Assembly: GCA_024695705.1 (NCBI GenBank)
Contig: JAILHP010000118.1
Coordinates: forward strand, 1 to 52,942
Length of the DNA: 52,942 bases
Direction of reading: 5' to 3'
DNA from: Prevotella sp.
GTDB lineage: Bacteria > Bacteroidota > Bacteroidia > Bacteroidales > Bacteroidaceae
Below are positions 48,233 through 52,942 of the stretch, piece by piece. The notes under the pieces are model-generated. The model was given only the letters and a program-made list of their open reading frames with translations, had not been told where the DNA came from and did not search any database. Position 1 is the stretch's first letter, and every line of letters starts with the position of its first letter. The translations under genes and the position numbers were made by a program.

Positions 48233-50185
48233 ATGGAAATATATAGTTATTCGTTCCTGATACTCATGTTGCCTGCGCTGTCATTCGTGATACTGGCGCT
48301 GGCGGGCATGAAGATGTCGCATAAGACAGCCGGTCTTATCGGCACTACGTCATTGGGACTGGTTACGGTGCTCTCGTACTGGACGGCGTTTGCCTATTTC
48401 ACGGCAGAGCGCACGGCAGAGGGAGCCTTCGCCACACTTGTCCCCTATAACTTCACCTGGCTGCCCCTGGGCAATCTGCACTTCGACATGGGAATCCTGC
48501 TGGATCCCATCTCGGTGATGATGCTCATTGTCATCTCTACGGTCAGCCTTATGGTACACATCTATTCGTTTGGCTACATGCACGGCGAAAAGGGATTCCA
48601 GCGTTACTACGCCTTCCTGAGCCTGTTCACCATGTCGATGCTCGGCCTGGTGGTAGCCACTAACATCTTCCAGATGTACCTGTTCTGGGAGCTCGTGGGT
48701 GTGTCCAGCTATCTGTTGATTGGATTCTACTATCCGTTGAAGCCCGCCATTGCCGCCTCGAAGAAGGCATTCATCGTGACGCGTTTCGCCGATATGTTCT
48801 TCCTGATTGGTATTCTGCTGTTCGGCTACTATGCCGGTACGTTCAGCTTCGACTTTACCGTGTCGGGCGATGTTCGTGCGGTGGCCGGAGCTGCCTTCGT
48901 GCTGCCTACCGCCCTGGTGCTGATGTTCATCGGTGGTGCCGGTAAGAGTGCCATGTTCCCCCTGCACATCTGGCTGCCCGACGCTATGGAGGGCCCGACG
49001 CCTGTCTCGGCACTCATTCATGCTGCTACGATGGTGGTGGCTGGTGTGTTCCAGATTGCCCGTATGTTCCCCCTGTGGATTCATTATGCTCCTGAGACGC
49101 TGAGCGTGGTGGTATGGGTAGGCGTGTTTACTGCGTTCTATGCCGCTGCCGTTGCCTGTGCGCAGAGCGACATCAAGCGTGTGCTGGCGTTCTCCACCAT
49201 TTCGCAGATTGCGTTCATGATGGTGGCGCTGGGCGTCTGCCTGCCGGGCCATGAGGCAGTCATCGACGCACATGGTTCGTTAGGCTATATGGCTTCCATG
49301 TTCCACCTGTTCACGCATGCCATGTTCAAGGCCTGCCTGTTCCTGGGTGCCGGTTGCATCATCCACGCTGTCCACTCCAACGAGATGGCGCTGATGGGAG
49401 GCCTGCGCAAGTACATGCCTATCACGCATGCTACCTTCCTTATCTCGTGTCTGGCCATTGCCGGTATTCCGTTCTTCTCGGGTTTCAGCTCGAAGGATGA
49501 GATTATCTCGGCCTGCTTCCAGTACAGCCCTGTAGTAGGTTGGATTATGACAGGTATCGCCGCCATGACGGCGTTCTACATGTTCCGCCTGTACTACGGC
49601 ATCTTCTGGGGTACGGAGAACAAGGAGGCTCATGAGCATCACACACCGCACGAGGCTCCGCTCACCATGACCATTCCCCTCATCGTGCTCTCCGTCATCA
49701 CCGTCGGTGTCGGTGTCTATAGCACGCTGGCAGGATTCTTAGGGTGGGGTGGTTCCTTCGGCAGTTTCGTGACTGCCAACGGTCAGGACTATACCATTCA
49801 CTTCGACACGCAGATTGCCGTTACCTCGACGATTATTGCGCTCATCAGTATCGCTGTGGCTACCTATATCTATAAGGGTGAGCAGCAGCCCATTGCCGAC
49901 CGTCTGTACAAGACGTTCCCCAAGCTGCATCGCGCTGCCTACAAGCGTTTCTATCAGGACGAGATCTGGCAGTACGTCACGCATCGCATCATTTTCCGCT
50001 GTGTCAGCACGCCTATTGCCTGGTTCGACCGCCACATTGTTGACGGCACGTTCAACTTCATGGCGTGGGGTGCCAACGAGGCAGGCGAGAGCCTCCGCCC
50101 CTGGCAGAGCGGCGATGTCCGTCAGTATGCTGTCTGGTTCCTCACCGGTGCAGTGGCATTAACATTACTTTTGCTCGCGTTATAA
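48233..50185 (+). CDS. nuoL: NADH-quinone oxidoreductase subunit L
   Basis: WELVGVSSYLLIGF, GKSAMFPLHIWLPDAMEGPTPVSALIHAATMV and HLFTHA.FKA.LFL. Confidence 0.96.
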   Translation: MEIYSYSFLILMLPALSFVILALAGMKMSHKTAGLIGTTSLGLVTVLSYWTAFAYFTAERTAEGAFATLVPYNFTWLPLGNLHFDMGILLDPISVMMLIVISTVSLMVHIYSFGYMHGEKGFQRYYAFLSLFTMSMLGLVVATNIFQMYLFWELVGVSSYLLIGFYYPLKPAIAASKKAFIVTRFADMFFLIGILLFGYYAGTFSFDFTVSGDVRAVAGAAFVLPTALVLMFIGGAGKSAMFPLHIWLPDAMEGPTPVSALIHAATMVVAGVFQIARMFPLWIHYAPETLSVVVWVGVFTAFYAAAVACAQSDIKRVLAFSTISQIAFMMVALGVCLPGHEAVIDAHGSLGYMASMFHLFTHAMFKACLFLGAGCIIHAVHSNEMALMGGLRKYMPITHATFLISCLAIAGIPFFSGFSSKDEIISACFQYSPVVGWIMTGIAAMTAFYMFRLYYGIFWGTENKEAHEHHTPHEAPLTMTIPLIVLSVITVGVGVYSTLAGFLGWGGSFGSFVTANGQDYTIHFDTQIAVTSTIIALISIAVATYIYKGEQQPIADRLYKTFPKLHRAAYKRFYQDEIWQYVTHRIIFRCVSTPIAWFDRHIVDGTFNFMAWGANEAGESLRPWQSGDVRQYAVWFLTGAVALTLLLLAL

Positions 50186-50209
50186 ATCGAAAATCGAAAA
50201 TTCGAAGTT

Positions 50210-51691
50210 ATGAATATATTAACATTATTCGTAGTAATTCCCGCCTTGATGCTTCTTGGCCTTTGGCTGGCCAAGAACCTGAATCAGGTGCGTGGTGTGA
50301 TGGTGGTCGGCGCTTCGTGTCTGCTGGCCCTGTCTATATGGCTGACCGTCTATTTCATTCAGCAGCGGGCTGCCGGCAACGTTGATCCCATGTTGCTGGT
50401 GAGCCGTCTGCCCTGGTTCAAGCCCCTTCATATTGAGTACGCCATTGGTGTGGATGGCATCTCGGTGGTCATGCTGCTGCTCTCCAGCATCATCGTGTTC
50501 ACTGGAACGTTTGCCTCCTGGCAGCTGAAGCCCCTGACGAAGGAGTATTTCCTTTGGTTCACCCTGCTCTCTACGGGTGTGTTCGGCTTCTTCATCTGCA
50601 CCGATATGTTCACTATGTTCATGTTCTACGAGGTGGCCCTCATCCCCATGTACCTGCTCATCGGTGTCTGGGGAAGCGGTAAGAAGGAGTATGCTGCCAT
50701 GAAGCTCACGCTGATGCTCATGGGAGGCTCCGCCCTGCTCATCCTGGGCATCCTCGGCATCTACTACTTCAGTGGTGCCACTACCATGAACGTGCAGGAT
50801 CTGGCTGCGATGCACAACATTCCCGTTGACATCCAGAAGGTGCTGTTCCCCTTCATCTTCATTGGTTTCGGTGTGCTGGGAGCCCTGTTCCCGTTCCACA
50901 CATGGTCACCCGACGGTCATGCTTCGGCACCTACCGCCGTCAGTATGCTGCATGCCGGCGTGCTGATGAAGCTGGGAGGCTATGGCTGCTTCCGCGTAGC
51001 CATGTACCTGTTGCCTGAGGCTGCCAACGACCTGGCGTGGATCTTCCTCATCCTGACAACCATCTCGGTGGTCTATGGTGCCTTCTCGGCCTGTGTACAG
51101 ACCGACCTGAAGTACATCAACGCCTATTCGTCGGTGTCGCACTGCGGACTGGTACTCTTCGCCCTGTTGATGATGACGAAGACTTCCTGCACAGGTGCCA
51201 TCCTGCAGATGCTCTCACACGGTCTGATGACGGCACTCTTCTTTGCCCTCATCGGTATGATTTACGGTCGTACGCATACCCGTGACATCCGCGAGCTGGC
51301 AGGTCTGATGAAGATTATGCCGTTCCTGGCTGTGGGCTATGTCATCGCCGGTTTGGCCAACCTCGGTCTGCCGGGTTTCTCTGGATTCATCGCTGAGATG
51401 ACTATCTTCGTGGGTTCGTTCGAGAATGCCGACACGTTCCACCGTGTAGCAACCATCATTGCCTGTACGTCTATTGTCGTCACCGCAGTCTATATCCTGC
51501 GCGTTGTCGGCAAGATTCTGTACGGCGAGGTGGAGAATAAGCACTATCTGGAGCTGACCGATGCTACTTGGGACGAGCGTGTGGCAGTCATCTGCCTCAT
51601 TGCCTGTGTTGCCGGTCTGGGCCTGTTCCCCTTGTGGGCAAGCAATGTCATTTCAGATGCTGTCGGCCCGATTCTTGCAAACATCATGTAA
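50210..51691 (+). CDS. nuoM: NADH-quinone oxidoreductase subunit M
   Basis: GVDGIS, FYE..LIPMY, PFHTW.PD.H, LMKLGGYG and LGLPGFSGF.AE. Confidence 0.95.
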   Translation: MNILTLFVVIPALMLLGLWLAKNLNQVRGVMVVGASCLLALSIWLTVYFIQQRAAGNVDPMLLVSRLPWFKPLHIEYAIGVDGISVVMLLLSSIIVFTGTFASWQLKPLTKEYFLWFTLLSTGVFGFFICTDMFTMFMFYEVALIPMYLLIGVWGSGKKEYAAMKLTLMLMGGSALLILGILGIYYFSGATTMNVQDLAAMHNIPVDIQKVLFPFIFIGFGVLGALFPFHTWSPDGHASAPTAVSMLHAGVLMKLGGYGCFRVAMYLLPEAANDLAWIFLILTTISVVYGAFSACVQTDLKYINAYSSVSHCGLVLFALLMMTKTSCTGAILQMLSHGLMTALFFALIGMIYGRTHTRDIRELAGLMKIMPFLAVGYVIAGLANLGLPGFSGFIAEMTIFVGSFENADTFHRVATIIACTSIVVTAVYILRVVGKILYGEVENKHYLELTDATWDERVAVICLIACVAGLGLFPLWASNVISDAVGPILANIM

Positions 51692-51722
51692 ATTGTAAAT
51701 TGTCAAATTGTAAATTATAACA

Positions 51723-52942
51723 ATGAATTATAGTCAATTTTTGCTGATGATGCCTGAGGCAACCCTCGTTGCCATATTGATTATCGTCTTTTTTGCTGAC
51801 CTCCTGATGAAGGGTGAGCAGAAGGCAAAGTCCTTAGGAGTGCTGACCGCGCTGCTGCTCTGCGTACAGCTTGTTCCCTGCTTCCTGGCTAATCCTGAGG
51901 AGGCTTTCGGAGGAATGTATGTCACCAGCGCTGCCGTCAACGTGATGAAGGTGATTCTGACTGCCGGCACGCTCATCGTCGTGGTCATGGCGCAGACGTG
52001 GCTGTCCCCCACTAATCAGTCATCCCTCACCAGTCATCCTTATTCCGGTGAGTTCTATACCCTTATCGTCTCGACGCTGCTGGGTATGTACGTCATGATG
52101 TCGAGCAACCATTTCCTGCTGTTCTTCCTCGGACTCGAGATGGCCTCCGTGCCCATGGCCTGTCTGGCTGCTTTCGACAAGTGGAAGAAGAGTTCGGCTG
52201 AGGCTGCTGCCAAGTATGTCCTTGTGGCAACGTTCTCCAGCGGTGTGATGCTCTTCGGCATCTCGTTCATCTATGCGGATGCTGGAACGCTCTACTATAG
52301 CGATATCTGCAGCAAGCTGAGCACGTCGTACATCTTCTCTCCGCTCATGCTTATGGGACTGGCCTTCTTCTTCAGCGGACTGGGCTTCAAGCTCTCGCTC
52401 GTGCCCTTCCACTTCTGGACGGCCGACACCTATCAGGGTGCTCCAACACCCGTCACCGGCTATCTGAGCGTCATTTCCAAGGGTGCTGCCGCTCTCACGC
52501 TGCTCATCGTCTTGGAGAAGGCGTTTGCCCCCATGGCGCAGTACTACCAGTACATGCTCTACGTGGTCATCATCCTGTCTATTACCATTGCCAACCTGTT
52601 TGCCATCCGTCAGACCGAGCTCAAGCGCTTCATGGCGTTCAGCTCCATCTCGCAGGCAGGCTACATCATGCTGGCAGTCATCGGTAATGACTTCCAGCTC
52701 TCTACTACGGCGCTGATTTACTACGTCCTGGTGTATATAGTGGCTAACATGGCCGTCTTCACCGTGATTAACGTGGTGGAGCACAAGGGACAGCCAACAG
52801 CAAATGGCCAACAGCTGACAGCAATGTCAACCTACGACGGCTTCTACAAGACCAACCCCAAGCTGTCGTTCCTCATGACGCTGGCCCTGTTCTCGTTGGC
52901 AGGTATTCCTCCGTTCGCAGGTATGTTCTCGAAGTTCTTCGT
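51723..52942 (+). CDS. nuoN: NADH-quinone oxidoreductase subunit N, 5' part (runs off window)
   Basis: Open frame from ATG 51723, absent from the ORF track because no stop is reached. Motifs GEFY, EAAAKY, FKLSLVPFHFWTADTYQGAP, KRFMAFSSISQAGY and SLAGIPP. Confidence 0.93.
   Translation, partial: MNYSQFLLMMPEATLVAILIIVFFADLLMKGEQKAKSLGVLTALLLCVQLVPCFLANPEEAFGGMYVTSAAVNVMKVILTAGTLIVVVMAQTWLSPTNQSSLTSHPYSGEFYTLIVSTLLGMYVMMSSNHFLLFFLGLEMASVPMACLAAFDKWKKSSAEAAAKYVLVATFSSGVMLFGISFIYADAGTLYYSDICSKLSTSYIFSPLMLMGLAFFFSGLGFKLSLVPFHFWTADTYQGAPTPVTGYLSVISKGAAALTLLIVLEKAFAPMAQYYQYMLYVVIILSITIANLFAIRQTELKRFMAFSSISQAGYIMLAVIGNDFQLSTTALIYYVLVYIVANMAVFTVINVVEHKGQPTANGQQLTAMSTYDGFYKTNPKLSFLMTLALFSLAGIPPFAGMFSKFF

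Overview
Chromosomal window from a Bacteroidota bacterium, most likely a Prevotella-like rumen or gut organism. This is inferred from the TAnnTTTG promoters, gene content and GC3-rich codons. Left to right it holds: the start of an L-arabinose operon (galM, XylE-like MFS, SSS transporter, NrtR-type araR, araD, four-helix-bundle gene, araA); an M15 peptidase; a GH2 beta-galactosidase broken by one in-frame TAG; a TonB receptor divergent from queC; radA; a lipoprotein/TPR pair; an envelope operon (kdsA, kdsD, degenerate HTCS, cls, acyltransferase); MscS; a BadF-type kinase followed by a candidate structured RNA; a beta-mannan locus (GH5, CE7, GH26, GH130, symporter, 2-epimerase); an AsmA-like protein; a PafA phosphatase; and a headless 11-subunit nuo operon. 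The most unusual signal is small repetitive DNA. (1) An AT-rich four-helix-bundle gene is enclosed by 32-bp inverted heptamer arms, and an empty cassette with the same architecture sits in frame inside the beta-galactosidase. Many lone 7/8/9-mer arrays occur at stop/start junctions and inside proteins. (2) A family of hairpin elements with a conserved purine-rich internal loop and covarying stems overlaps -7 promoter boxes at two loci and a stop codon at a third. (3) A short G-rich palindrome is inserted in frame in several genes. All calls come from reading the sequence; no database searches were run.
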